From the NCBI GenBank assembly GCA_030141605.1, contig JAQGDQ010000047.1:186001-250000 (forward strand): a DNA stretch of 64,000 bases. Reading direction: 5' to 3'. Below are positions 25,601 through 40,600 of this stretch, piece by piece. Source of the stretch: Tubiluchus corallicola (Eukaryota > Animalia > Priapulida). The notes below the pieces were generated by a model. The model was not told the origin of the DNA, did no database searches, and worked only from the letters and a program-made list of their open reading frames with translations. Position 1 is the stretch's first letter; every line of letters begins with the position of its first letter. The position numbers and the translations under genes are program-made.

Positions 25601-28600
25601 AAGCGCAGAGACAAAAATGGAATGGCGACGGGCACGTGGTTATGATGTGCAGTATGGGCCTCCCCGTGATCATTCCAGAGGAACAAATGCTGGTTAGTAT
25701 AGATGTATAGGTTTTTGTGAAAAACATTAAAACAACATGCATGCTGTGTCTGTTACCATCAGTAATTCATAAAATATTACAATGATGCTGGGTCCTCGCC
25801 GCCAAGGGGTCTTATTGGTCACTGCCCTGGTCGGTTCGTTCCCTCGTGTTTCGGAGGCCAAGGTTCAATGCCAAGATGACGAAAACTTTATAAACACAGG
25901 CAGAGATTTGTTAAGTAAACTTGCCGGTTAACTTGTCCTGTGTGCCTTATGCTGGCCTGTCTATGGAACAGGTGCGGTGATGATAATAACACCTGCCAGT
26001 TTACCTGCTGAATTGACCCGGCCATTTCATATTGGCAGTTTTGTACCTGGTACGCAATTGATTAAACTTTCACAATATAGGGGATAAAAATAAATGATCT
26101 TTTGCCGACGTTATAATATTATATTAAATATGCAAAGCCTGTTATCATAATAATTATTTTTGTAGATAAAGTTCTAAGCTTCTTCAAATTATTTTTGCAG
26201 GATTTTACTTGGTTTTGAACATATACAGTGGTGACATTGGCGATGTTGCTTGGGTTCATTCAGCAGCTATCAAAGCTACAACTACCAAAAATTGTAAGGT
26301 ACTGTACACTAGCTAAAGCCAGGGTTTCACGAGGCCACAACTATTTTACGGTAATCGAAAAAGTTCAGTAGTTACCGAAATATATCCACTATTGTGCCTG
26401 GTCGCAAATCATTCATGTGACTTTTGCATAATTTTTGCAAATTTCGGGCTTTTTTCTCAAGCGAAAATCGCCAGAATGTTATACAAAATTTGTATGACAT
26501 GTTTACACATATTTGGCGATTTCTGCGACACTTATACGACAAGGCACAACATTCGCTTGAGCATATTGAGACCATTTCGTGACAGTTTCATGGAATTTTT
26601 GCAGAAAGAAGTGCGGGACAAACCGAGATTTGCCAAAGTGTTGCAAAATGGTCGAAAAATAGTCGCAAAGTTGTCACTCCATTCTCAAAACTGGTACAAA
26701 ATGTTTGTCAAGTTTTAGCGGATTGTAACATTGCTGGCGAACATCACGAAAGTTTGACGCATTCTATCACAGCTTTACAATAGGTTTGCAAAGCTTTGGC
26801 GAAGTGGTGAGTTTTGCAACTCCCATGACAAACCTTAAATATTTTAAGCCGGTAACCTATTCACAGTAACGGCAAACACCCGTGAATGTTGTGCGACTGT
26901 TTGGCGAATGTTTAGCCATGTTTGGTGTCTGTTAGACTTAGAAAGTTTCGGATAATCGCCAAAGTCGCGAACCTCATGAAAGTCTTGCTTAAAGACAATT
27001 TTAAGGTAATGTAAAACTAATCAGGCTGAAGTATTACAAACAGAAAAAGTGTGCATGTTTTAATTTCAAGTTTTTCTTACTTTTCTTGTTTTTTTGTAGA
27101 TGAGATTTTTCTTCTACCAGTATGGCATTAATGTTGGGGACTTGAAGATCAAAACCAGGACGACTCGAGGAGGTGATATGAAAACCATATGGACAAGAAG
27201 TGGTTCATTGGGGGAATATTGGGAGCGAGCATCAGTCACTTTTGATGAAGTCGATGATTTTGAGGTTACTGGTTTTTTGTCAAATAATTCAATAACTTAG
27301 AGCTAGTGTCAGGCACGCATAGGCATACAGTGTGCTACATTTTAAATTCTTTAGTTACGTGAAAATTGTTACACCTGTTGAAAATTACTGTATCAGGAGA
27401 CTATTTCAAAATGCCAGTGTGTATTGCGTACAATATTTCAGCAATGTAGGAATTTGGTAAGTTAATATTTTTAAACTTGGAGTTAAATAAGTTTTGTAGC
27501 CATCTTGTAGATATATGTTTCAATCGCTTTATGCCGCAACTCTTTTAGACAACCCTTCATATTTTTGTGGTTGTGCTAAACATAGTGTGGATGATAACGT
27601 AATTAAGTTAGTTTTTAAGTAGTATAAATTTAGTCAAAAACTGTTGTTAACATTGGTTGGCACTATTCTAAATACAAATGTTTGCTTTCTTGAAGATTAT
27701 CATTGAAGCAGTACTTGGAAGTCACGATGACACTATAGCCATAGATGACATTTCGTTTACACCTGACTGCCAGTCAGATGATGCAGGTAGATAGTATTAT
27801 TTTTGGCACATCTTCATAATTTTCTGCAAGCAGTAACTAGAGTATCATTAATTAGTATGACTGCGAACGCAAAATTTCTGGTATTCGTAGTCGTAGTCTA
27901 ACTAATGACATCATTAATTCCCAGCTAACTTGACAAAAAGTTGATAACTAGAGTACACTTGTGATTATCATTCTATTACATTCTAAGAAAGCAACACCAT
28001 ATGTGTTCATGATAAATACCTTTTGAAACATATTTAAAATGGAGTTCTCCCATCGGCAACCATTAATAACTAATAAATTATTTATCCTTTTTGCTCTTTC
28101 CCAGTATGATCAATCTTGCTTATTGATTCTTGTCAGTTTAAAATATTATTGGAATCCATTTACATTTTTGACTTGTTGAGTGAATAGAAAGACATGTTCT
28201 AATTCAGTACCTCCTTGGCAGTAACACAGGCATTTAGTGTGTCAGTAAATAATGTATAAAATAAAAAGTCTGATGTTGTACTTTATCTTTTAGCTAATTA
28301 AAACAGTTTGCGCTGATTACTGGAATGATTATTGTTACCTGAAAGACTTGTATTGTAATCAGCTTCTGTGAGTGTGTATAGTAGTTCATTTTCTTACAAC
28401 CTACTTTTCTGTACTTTGTGATTAATATAGGCTTTGTGATTAATAACTTTCGAAATTTTAATTGACAGTGTTTTATTGCATTGGTTTTTTTACAGCAAAT
28501 AGCATGTACTAACCTGTCTTTTTTTAATATATAATTTATGTTATTTTGATAGTTGTATTTCCGAATGGCACAACAGTGGCACCTACCATACCTCCATGCG

Positions 28601-31600
28601 ACCCATATGACCAATTCATGTGCGAAAGTGACCAGAAGTGTATACCTGTAATTCAAATGTGTGACTTCAATAAAGACTGTAATGATAATTCAGATGAACT
28701 ATACTGCGGTAAGTGCTGTCTGGGTTTGTGATTTGCTTTACATAATAAAACAAGAGTTTTTATGAAGAAACATTAATTATGGCAATTTTCTTATATCAGT
28801 CAGTGAGCATGGCTTTAGAAGCCTAGACAATGAATTCATAGGACCAAGTTCTTACATTTATTTCGGTTTAATGGCAGTGCCAACATACATTCTGTTCACT
28901 GACTTTTTCAGTTTATCTTTTATGATTTCATGTAGTTTGTTGGATTAACCATATTCAAGTGATAATTTGGTGATGATTATATTTTGCATTCTCTACTCAT
29001 AATCCTAATCATCATTTTTTATTTTTATTAAACAGTTTCTTAATTTAGGTCCTTGTGATTTTGAAACAAACTTATGTGGCTGGACTGACATAAGCACTGG
29101 AAGGTATATTTGGGAGCGCTGGAAGGCCTCTGATTCAACTGCTATTCATGGACCTTCAGTTGACAATACACTAGGAACTGGAGATGGTAAATACTACTAC
29201 TCCTTTATTGAGGATAGGTTGTGGAGCTTTCGAGGTGAGCGGAAATAGTTGCGTGACGTGTAAGCCTGGTTGCAAGCTCAAGCAATGCTGAGCCTAGTTA
29301 ATAAATGGTGATGGTTGTATATGCATTTGAAAATAGCTAAAGTATGACTGCTGGTTTATTACCTTATCTTAAGAGGACTTTATCGATAGTCAAGGAACTG
29401 TGATAAAACAGTTTGCTGTAGCTCCGTAACTTCATTTATTATAAATATAGTATTTTTCTATTCAGTGCACATATGTCTGTTTATTCTAATCCTATTTTTT
29501 TTATAATTTTTTAAGGATCGTTTATGATTGTGGATGGTAACAATTCAGGCACTCAACTTACCTATGCTGATATGGTTTCATCTCTTCTACAGAAAACTCC
29601 ACTCACGTGCTCCTTAGAGTTTTACTATCATCTGGATGGTGCTAACAAAGCCAGCGGTATATATACTTCTAGTAATGCGGTCTGATAAATGGCAGGAAAT
29701 GCGCATTATCTGGAAGACAAATATTACTCCTTATTAACACAGAATTCACTAATTTTCTAAAACAAAAACTATTATGCATTTGCCACTAGGATACAGTCTT
29801 CAAAAACTGCAGCAGTTGCTATCTAGTCTACCTGTCGAAACTTTAAATTCATTAAGCAAGAAAAGTAGTGTTTTTCTTTTTTAGTCGGAAACGATTAAAG
29901 CCAGGTTGTGCCATGACGTTTATCTGATAATATTTTAAAAATTTTTTGCTCTTGTTTTTTTCCTTTCACATCACCTTCTACTGTTCAATATTCCACATGT
30001 TTCTCTGTCACTCAGTATTCACTACCTGTATCTATTGCATTCGTTTGGCAATTTTTTTCTAGGGAATTTAGTTCAGTTCTTTCACGAGTTTAGCGACTAG
30101 TGTTTAATTCACTTAGTATGAAATATTGTCTCAACTTATTAGTGCCAGATGTCTTGTATGTTGCAAATGAGATCCAAATTCTTGCCATTCAAATGTGTTG
30201 CCTATCACATAGGCCATATTGTTTATTTGAAATTTTGTAAAGCAAGTGATTGTCTGTTCATAGCTCTCGTCTATTTGTACCTGATGAACGACACTAACCC
30301 AGCATTAAAAGAAAGACTTTTTTACACAAGTGGCAACAAAGGAAAGCAGTGGAATAAAGTAAATGTACCATTTGGTGATTTCCCTGCTGGACAAAGAGTA
30401 AGACTTTTTTACTTGCAAAATATGTTATGTATAAAATTATTTTGAACTCACAGACTATGGCAGATGCAAGTTCCGTTAAAATCATCCATATTGTGTGATT
30501 GCTTATTTTGCACTAACTTCATGTTTGCATTTAACATTTTTAACAGTTGCTTTTCCAAGGAGCGACATATTCTTCAGATAGTGATTCATCTGTGAATCCT
30601 GCCGATATCGCTATAGATGACATTTCTTATGTAAATTGTTCCGACGACTTTGTAGATACAAGTAAGTTAATTACGAAATTTTGTAATATAGGGCACTACC
30701 CAAATGTGCCTAAAAGCAGCTGTTGTTTATTTGTGATTAGTTCTTGAAAAAATATTTCAGCAATGGCTGGTCTTATATTTTCAGCTAATCCAGGCAAATT
30801 TTTCAGTTATTGCTTTATTTACAGAAGTGTCTTTTGCTGCTTAAAATTGTTTAGTAGTGTGCAATATTGCCAAAAATATTGAAATTGTCTCTTTTTACTA
30901 CTTGCCAGCAAATTGATCTGTTGATAGAGAATATGAAAACCTTTGCTCATGCTTTGTAATTGCTTTAGGTTTGGATTGTAATTTTGACACGGATATGTGT
31001 GGATGGTACCATGACAGAACAAATGCTCAATTTACATGGGTCAGGCAAAAAGGTTCAACTAGTTCCAGTCAGACTGGTCCTGGAAGTGACCACACCACTG
31101 GCAATGGTAATGATAGCTTATTAGACGTAATTGCAATATCGGTACAGGTTCTTTCAGTATTTAAAATTTCAAAATGATAACTGCTTAATTTAGGAAATGC
31201 AAAAAAAATTCCTTGGCCAGCTAAGCTATAAGGGACTCATTGAAGAGTCTCTTTTATGACATTATGAAGAATCCCATTTATGACAAGCAGCCTACTCAAA
31301 GCTTTCGCTCTAAAACTATGCATTTCAAAAAATAAAGAGAAATGTTTGTATATGCAATTATGCATGTACTAATTGTAAGTGGATTGTAAGTATAGTCAGT
31401 TAATTTTTACGTGAACAAGGAGATAATAACTCGTGAATCTAACATCGATTGAAAATGATGTAGAACTCATTTTCCAAAACAGAAATACATTGTATTGTCA
31501 TATCCTAGCTGGAACTGATGCTTTTAGCAATTTTTTTATACGAATCACAAGAATTATTATTGTGTGATTAATAATTTGTTAACTATTGTACATTCATTTT

Positions 31601-34600
31601 TTTATTAACTAATGACTTCCGTAGAGAGTGCAACTGTGCACATTTAAGTTCTATAGTTTCTCTCACTCACTCTAACTCCCTCTTCTAGAAGCAAATAGTA
31701 GGTAAAAATACACTCACATGCATGTATGTTATATTGCAGACATATATATTTATATATACCCACATACATAAACATGTAAATATGTATGTGTTTTAAAAAG
31801 AACTTAAGCTTTAAAAATTATAAGGTAAATTATAAGGTAAAAGTAAATACTGATATTTTAAGGGTACTATGTATACATTGAGACGTCTTATCCACAAGTG
31901 GCGGGTGATAAAGCACGACTGATAACGACACCACAGACTGCTGCCGGGGGCAAAAAATGCATCAGCTTTTGGTACCATATGTATGGAGCCAGCATTAGCA
32001 CTTTGAACATTAGGGTAGTCATGGGTAACAGTGAAGTACTTATCTGGACACTAAATGGAAACAAAGGTATTTGTGTGTTATTTAAATTGCAAAAAATGTT
32101 ATATGACCTATGAATAATAATACTGTAAAAACCTTAATAATATTTGTGAGACATTTCCGCAGTACGGATTCTATCCATATTCATTTCTTTTCAAGTAATG
32201 AATGTTACTACATTATTTTACATTCCATTCCATTCCATTCCATTAAATAGAACTCGACCAACCTGCAGTAGTGGTAGAACCATGTATTAGCACTTCGTTT
32301 CAAATAACAGCCAAATATTGGACATCCGCTTTTAATACCCAATTAATACACATGTGGTTAAATATGATTTATTGATAGAATATAGGAGGTTTTTCTGTTT
32401 ATTAATTACATAGATCTATTGTGTGAGTGTGTGCAGTCTGTACAACTTTGTTTTTCTTTATTCTTCTTCAGCTAAATGAACTTTGTTGTTAATTTAGACG
32501 TGGACCAAGTCAGTTAACATCAGCAAAGTATTAGGCCTCTATCATGATTTCTTGCTAATAGTAATTGTTGCTAGGATTCCTTTCTAATTGTTGACATATT
32601 TTTGAGGTAGTAGGATAACACCCAGATTGGTATTTGGCATTGTACAAACAAGGTAGCCATGGAGGGCATTCATGCAAAGTGAATAGATAATTGGCTAACA
32701 CCTACAGTTAAGTAACGCTCAGCTCGTTGGTAAATGGATCGATGACTGCGAGAAAATTGCCTCCGGGCAATGTCAATCATTTATCTGTTTGAGGAAGCAT
32801 ACACGTGTGTATGGCTAAGACTACGCTGCAGTATCTCATCTTAGAGTAGTATATTTGATAATTGTGTTTGGATCCTGTTTCAACTTTCTAGATTAGGCCT
32901 TACCTTTTGACTGCTGAATGCCAACTTGCGATGCGCCAAACTCAAAAAAATATAGTAAATGGCTCATGTTTCAAAAGAAGCTCAAGAAACAATCACTGTT
33001 AGATTTGTAAATTCCACGAGGACATTTCACTTTTGGCTTTCGGCTTAGAAGTGCTTTTCCTCCAGTTAAGGTAAAAATTAACTGTGTCTTTCCTAAAATA
33101 TTAGTGGCTGTTGGACTGAACAAAATTATATTTTACATAATTACTCAGGTAATCAATGGTGGCATGCAACAGCAAGCATGGTAGTTACTGGAAGTTACCA
33201 GCTAGTTATTGAAGGAATTGTGGGCAGTAGTTTTACCGGTGACATTGCAGTCGATGACATAATAGTATTGGATGGAGACTGCCCTATAACAAGTAAGTCA
33301 TTTTGCACTCTGTCGAGTTTCACTTAATCGTATGTACATATGCTGCTTGAATTTTTTTTTCATAATGTATTTGAATATTTTTGTCATTTGAAATTTAAGC
33401 AAGTTAACCTTAAAGTAAAGAAAATTACAGGGAATTTTTTTCAAAATATCACTTGTTTTGTGCAAGAGATGACAGGAAATGTTTGCCTCCTCGAAAAGAA
33501 TAGATAAAAGCCAACAAAAATCATGAGAAGGAGCATTTAACTTTGAATAAAGAACATTTAAGTATATCTAGTACTGTTACTCGTAGTTCTGAGGGTTATG
33601 AATGGTGTCATGGCTTATTTCTTAAAGAACTTGGTTGATTTTTTAATTCTGACAGTAAGAAGCAGAAAGAGTTTAAAAAGAACATTAAACAAAAAATGTT
33701 ATAATGATTGAAGAGAAATCTCCTTGCAGCTTAAGAAAATGTTGTTGCCATCTAAGTTTTGAAATAATAGATTTGGTTTGTTAAGATTTTTTAACTGGTC
33801 ACACTATTTTCAAGAACTGTTAAGTGTATCCAATATACTGTTTGAAATGCACCTACTATCAAAATGCAACTAACTTAGCCTATTTCATGTGTTTGAAATG
33901 TGTCTATATTAAGACGTGATATTCATTTATTAACATGATTACCTTTCAGAATATTGTCACTTTGAGGGAGGATTCTGTGGATACTCAGATGCTGGTGACT
34001 TCCAGTGGGAGCGAGGACAAAGTGGCGACCCAAGTCAGGGCACCGGACCAGCTACAGATCACACAACTAATACAAATCAAGGTTATTTGGCTGCTTAGGC
34101 ATTGTGCTGCTTCTCATTAGTTTTTGCAGTTTTTGCATTTAACTATGTAGTCTTAGTGTGTCTAAATTTTAGAAATTTAATTTTACGATTTTATGATTAT
34201 CACTTTCATTGACTTACTTAAGTCTTTCTTTTTTGTGTTATTTAGGTTATTTTGCATACATTGATCAGATTTCAAATGCTATTGGCAAGAAGGCTAGACT
34301 TGAAAGTGCTGACTATGACTATACATCATTAGGCGAATGTCTAGAGTTTTGGTAAGTTAATAGTTTAGTGCTTTTATATAATAGAAGTATTTTAACATCT
34401 TCTTGCATTTATACGTTTGACGTTGTATAATGTCTTGATACAGTCTGGATTATGATTCCTCGATTGGTAAACCTGTAGTGACACACATATTGTAAATTTC
34501 CGGGTTTGAAAAGGCAGAATACCTCTTTAGTGTAATTGTTAATGTAGGTGCCTATAAAAACTTGGCTTCGAGTACCAGTGGCGATACAAAAAATTTTCAG

Positions 34601-37600
34601 ACTACTATTTAGTATTGCTTAAATACATTTACATGATTTCTTATTGATGTTTTAACATGAAACAGATGCATTTATCTCCAGTTGTTTAAAGAGATGTATT
34701 TTCATCAGGTATCATACATCGGGAAGTATAGGAACTCTAAATATATACATGAAAGAGTCTGGAAACCTTGGAAATCCATTGTGGTCTAGAAACGTTGACA
34801 GGGGTAATCGTTGGTATTTTGAAGCTGTTACCATGAAACCTAAATCAGCGTCTTATCAGGTAAAAACAACTAGTTGAGTAAATCTATGAAAATTTTGGTT
34901 TTCATTGCTTGTTTTTCTTTGTATATTCGCTTCATGTTATGTTTATGCCCTATTTAACGGCTTGTAATAATTGATCTAAAATGGTCAGCAACCATTAATA
35001 AATTGTTGTGCAAGTAAAACTCCGTAGCCATAATATTTGAAAAAATATTTATGTAGAATACAAATTTTTAGGTACAATAATTATATTTGCCACTACATGG
35101 CTATCATATTAGTTGGCAATTTTTTGTTAGCATAACAGCAGTACAATTAAAATATCTAACTTCAAAATACAAATTTCTTTAGTTCTATAGTTAAAACACT
35201 TATGCAGCTTATATCAAATGTGCGACACCATGTAATTATAGCATTTTGTATTAGCTATGCAATTTTGGTGCGGTGTCATTCTTGGAAATGAAACTTAAAC
35301 AAGTTCTTATTATTTTCACTTGATGTCTTGTAGTCGTGTCAGAATTACACTTTGAAATAACTGTATTACATTAAGACAGTTTTATTAGCTTTTCGTTGAA
35401 GTTATGGATTCGGTGCACAAATGTGTTTCTCTCCCGCTGGGTTTACATGGAAACTCTATAGCTTATGCATGTACTTCTGTCATATAAAGGCTAACTGCCA
35501 TATGCCTTTATATGTAAATAACTTATATATAATGAATCTATTTATTAATAAACAGTAACCATTATTGTTATTATGCAGGCAATCTTCGAAGGCATTGTCA
35601 ATAAAAAAACAACAGGAACATTGGCAATTGATGACGTCATTATCGTAAATGGTGAATGTGGGTCAACCGGTAGCTGCACTTTTGAACGACACATGTGCGC
35701 GTTCTATGATGACTATCCTGAAAATGCTACAATACCTTGGCTAAGGACGAATGCTAACACACCTAGTTACAGCACGGGGCCTGATTTTGACCATACATTG
35801 GGCACATCATTGGGTAATTTGAATTAAATTTGTTGGCATAACGCCTAAGTCAATTGCTAAAAAATGCCGCAATCATGAATTCTCGTAAGGTAGCAAGACC
35901 AGAATGCTATGAACAATTTGAGCCATTTCTGATTAGGTTTATTAAGATAAAATGAGATAGGAGTTCGAAGTTTTGTTATTGTCACATAGTTACACGAGTC
36001 TGTTTGGTTAGTCTTATAAAAATTTAGCGATACCATCAATCATAGCTCTAGTTACCAATTTACGCTTAAATTGCCCAACACTATGAAAAAAAGTAAATTT
36101 TCATCAAGAAGATGCCACAACACTAAGTCAGAATAAGGTTGAAGATCAGTTTCAAAAAGTGTCAATCATAAAAAGGCTGCAGCCTTTAAATCTTAAAATG
36201 CAAAAAAACTTTTTCATATTGTGAATACAATAATATTAACATAGTCATTTCTTTGTTTGTAACTAATTAGATTACAACATTTTGTAGCATGTGGTTTTTT
36301 TCCAAAAGTATTTTAGCTGACTCTTGTACTTTCTACATCTCACATTTTGTACTTGCTTTATAACCCGTCACACCGATGGAAGGCCTCACTGTGATTTTAA
36401 AAATTGGCCAGGTCTCACTGTGATCTCAGTAAGGTCTTCTCGATCTTAGTAACAAATGTAGTTGAAATGCCTTGGGCCATACTGTGGTCTTGAAGGTCTC
36501 ATAGTCACAGAGGAATTTTGAGGAAGGTTCAATGTTATCATTGTGAAATCATAGATCGCCATATAAATGTGATGTGGTGTGATACGAATGATATAGTCAT
36601 ATTATGAGTGTTTCCGAGTCGTACTATAGTTGTATTATGAGAGTTTCTGTCTTCCGTGATGTCTGCATTTCCCTTTTAGTACAATGCCACATAGCAGTCA
36701 TTACATTCATAGCAATTATAATACAACAGGGGGCATTTTTATTTTGCCATGGTCTTTAAAGACCTGGCAACGATCATTCAGAGTTTTTTCGCAATGTTGC
36801 ATACGGGGCTTGATAGCTTCATCTGGTTTGATGTGGGCTTATGCTGCATTATAGTTGTATATAATTATAACGTATTTCTGTAATTATATGATATAATTTA
36901 GTAATCATATTCTTTCTGAATTTTTGTGATGTGCAACATCCTTTAAGCACAAGTTTAAGTGATTTCATTTGCTTTAGGTTACTACATCTTTATTGAAGCC
37001 AGTTCTCCTGCTAAACCAGATGACTATGCAGTGTTGTGGAGTGATAACATGGACGCTTCTCCAGCTACCTGTCTTAATTTTTGGTATCACATGTATGGCA
37101 CTGGTATGTACACTGATGTCTCACAGCAAGTGTAGGATATAGATACTTATAAGTGGTCTTTTTGATATAATTTTGTACATACATTTTTGTCAAAAATATT
37201 TATATTAACTTTTGTGATTTTTGATATTGTATTTCAACAGTGTAAGAAGAGCAGGTTGCTGGGCAATGCAGAACCCGGTAACCTGCTCTCGTGATTTTTG
37301 TCTAAATCTTTGCAGTGCATTAAGTAAAGGCTAACAAATATTCTGCACGAAAGTGTACACATATTTATCCTTTAAACATTTCTGGGAGTCATAGCTGTAT
37401 ATTTCAACCTTGCTTCTCAAACACATAAAATTCGGATATGCATACACATGAATATAGTATACGAATAATGGGTTTTGTTTACAACTAAAGAAAAGCTTTA
37501 TTTCTATAAACATTTCTGTTTTATTGCTTTTTGTCATACATGCTGCATTTAACGAAACATTTTTTAAAGTTTCTACAACTTCTTTGGGTTTAATTTGCAT

Positions 37601-40600
37601 GCAAACAATAACAAAATACTAAATATGCATTTTGTCATAAAATAGTATGAGGACCAATACATTCAACCAGGTTTTAGAATTATTTTTCCTGTATGAGACT
37701 TTTTTGGTAAGTCTTACAAAATTGGAGTGATTAAATAAAGATATATTAAATGTGTGTACTGAGAAGAAACTTGGCTATTATGTAATTTACGTATGAATAT
37801 TTTCAGGGACTGGTAAGCTTTCAGTTTACCTAGTGGATGACACTGTAAGCTGGTACCGTTATGGCAAGGTGCTGTTCAACATAATTGGTGACCAAGGCAA
37901 TATTTGGCACGAAGCTAACATAACCATTAATCACAACATCAGAAATTACCAAGTAATTCAAATGGAATCTTTCTTTTTTTAATCACTTTGTATTACCCTC
38001 CATAATGTTACTGACATACGTGCATGATATACATGCATACATACACCCATGATACTGATGCTTTTCTTCTCCATGGATAAAGGCTAGTAATAGTCTTTAT
38101 AAAATATTAGATTTTATTTCTCTTGAAAGAATAAGAAAGAACATATTTGTTATTCTTATAGGTGGCATTTGAAGCTACCGTTGGATCATCATTTCTCAGT
38201 GATATCGCACTGGACGATATCTTTTTCGTACAAGGCAGCTGCAGTGATCTCACCACTGCTACAACACCGGATATTATTCCTACGTCTGTTACATATCGTA
38301 AGTTCTTTACTAGCTTACATTTTTTGATACCTTTATACACAATTATTCAGCCCATATTTCTCAACAAACTTTTCTAGGGCCCCTGTTGCCCTTGTGTAAA
38401 CTTCAGAAACTAATCTTGCCATTCTCAGGTACAGAATGTAAACATCTACTTGAGTACTGTCTACGTGACCAAAGTGATTGACCATTAAAAAAATCAGATA
38501 TCAGGTGATGAACATGCCTAATATTTTGTGGTAAACTTGAGAAATTTAGCAAAAATATCCCATCTTTTTCAGCGCCATCTAACTACGACTGTACATTTGA
38601 TCAAAACAGTTTTTGCAATTGGAAAAATGATTCAAGTGGAGACATTACCTTCAGACTTCATAGAGGTCGCACTTCGAGTGCAAATACTGGCCCCAGTGCT
38701 GATCATACTACAGGCACCTCAACCGGTACGATGCTATTTAGTGCAGAAGTTTTACTTCTTTGTAATTATTGACTCGAAATAATTTATATACTCAGATCAC
38801 GTCGTTTATTTTTTGCTTTTGTGTTTTGGGCTGTCAATTTATCATTTTTATTGCCAGGTTACTACATTTACATTGAAGCCAGCGGAGTCACATATGGCAG
38901 TGTGGCCAGAATTATCAGCCCTAGTATTAACATAAATGCGAATGGGTATTGCTTAAAGTTTTGGTACCACATGTACGGAACGACAATAAATACATTACAC
39001 CTGTATGCCAAGTCAGGTATGATTTTAACTTAGTTTTGCTTATTTACTTATTTGGCTTTTTGATTTAATTCTGTTAAACTTTTGTTAAACATGTAATGTC
39101 TAATGTATGCTTACTTCTAATTTTTAGTCTCAAACTTGTGTAACGTACAGTTATTCGGTTACTTTTTATACTGAAAACTAAACAATATGAATTTTAAGTT
39201 TTCTCCCAAATATTTTAGGAGATAACCTTGGAAATGTTATTTGGCAAAGGATGGGAAACAAAGGCAATAGGTGGCTTTATGGCCAAGTGTATTTGTCGGG
39301 CATGGGTAACAGAGAACTGGTGTTTGAAGCTGCCGTAGGCCAAAACTTTTACAGCGATATTGCTTTGGACGACATCTTTGTTAATGCTGGCCAGTGTCCA
39401 CAATATAGTGAGTACATGCATAAAGTTGTATAGTTTTCTTGTATTTAGTATTCTTTGCGTAATGCTTAGTGCATGTGTTACAAGCAAAAACAACTTTTAC
39501 TGAAACATTTCCATCAGCCTATATTTCAATCCATAGTACTATCAGGTAACAGGGTATGTAATTGTCATACCACTTATCCTTTTGACTAATACGATTCTTT
39601 ACCAGGAACCAGACTTAAAAGCAAAAAAATTAACTTTATAAAATAATGTGTTTAATATGTAATCATCAAAAAATGTTCTAGTTAGAAGTTTCTAGTACTT
39701 TATCTCACTATCTTTACGAAAAAATGGCCAAAAAATGTCGATTGCCGAAACTATACCCTAGAGTGTCACTGTTTTTTATAAAATATCTGCACAACGAATA
39801 AATATTTGGTACTTAAACTGGAACCAAAGACTTATCACTAAAACTAAGCTTTCATCATTCAGTGAGAAAGGGTGGCAAATGGAATCATTGTTCAAGAGGT
39901 AGACGTTTAACTATAATTTATTGGAAGTCATGCAGAAACTTTTAATCTAACTGGTTATTGTATATGCACAACATCATGGGATGCTATTTATAACCGCATG
40001 ATGAGTTCTTTTTATTCATTCACTTACACAGCAACTTGTGAATTTGAATCGACTGACTTGTGCGGTTATCAACATGATGTCATTGCGGACTTTACATGGA
40101 CTCGACAGAATGGTGGTACTCCATCTGCTGGCACTGGACCAAGCAGTGATCATACATATGGCACTTCGTATGGTATGCATTTCACAAACTAATAAATATG
40201 TGTAAGAACTGATAATAAAATGTCCAGTACAAGACTAGTACAATTGTTGAGTGGTCCCAGGAGTGTTTATTTGTTTGTTTGTATTTTCTTGTTATAGTAG
40301 GAATGCTTCCAAAAAGTCAATCAGAAAGTTGCTTATTACTTATTTGCTTTATTGTTAAATTGATTATTTTATTGTTTTATGGACTTTTTAATCAAAAATG
40401 TGTAATAAATATCAAACTTTTTTACTATTTACTTCCATGCACTTTTATCTCTATAGGTCATTATATGTATACAAAAGCTAGTGATCAAAGCAAGGGAGAC
40501 GTGGCCCGACTTATCAGTAATGCTCATGTTCAAACCGACGGACAGTGCTTGGTGTTTTTCTATCACATGTATGGAACAGACATAGGTACACTTAACGTAT

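Noticed and set aside
26372-26718. ORFs of 108 aa (+) and 67 aa (-) in intron 21
   Set aside because: They lie within a MITE and show no transposase or other recognisable motifs.
32603-32614. TGAGGTAGTAGG, identical to the first 12 nt of let-7
   Set aside because: The match stops at nt 12 and I could find no complementary arm on either side to form a pre-miRNA hairpin; most likely chance.
34080-34253. Direct repeat AGGTTATTT at both ends of intron 32, suggesting recent intron gain
   Set aside because: The intron sits at the conserved Gly phase-1 position shared by most MAM domains, so it is ancient.
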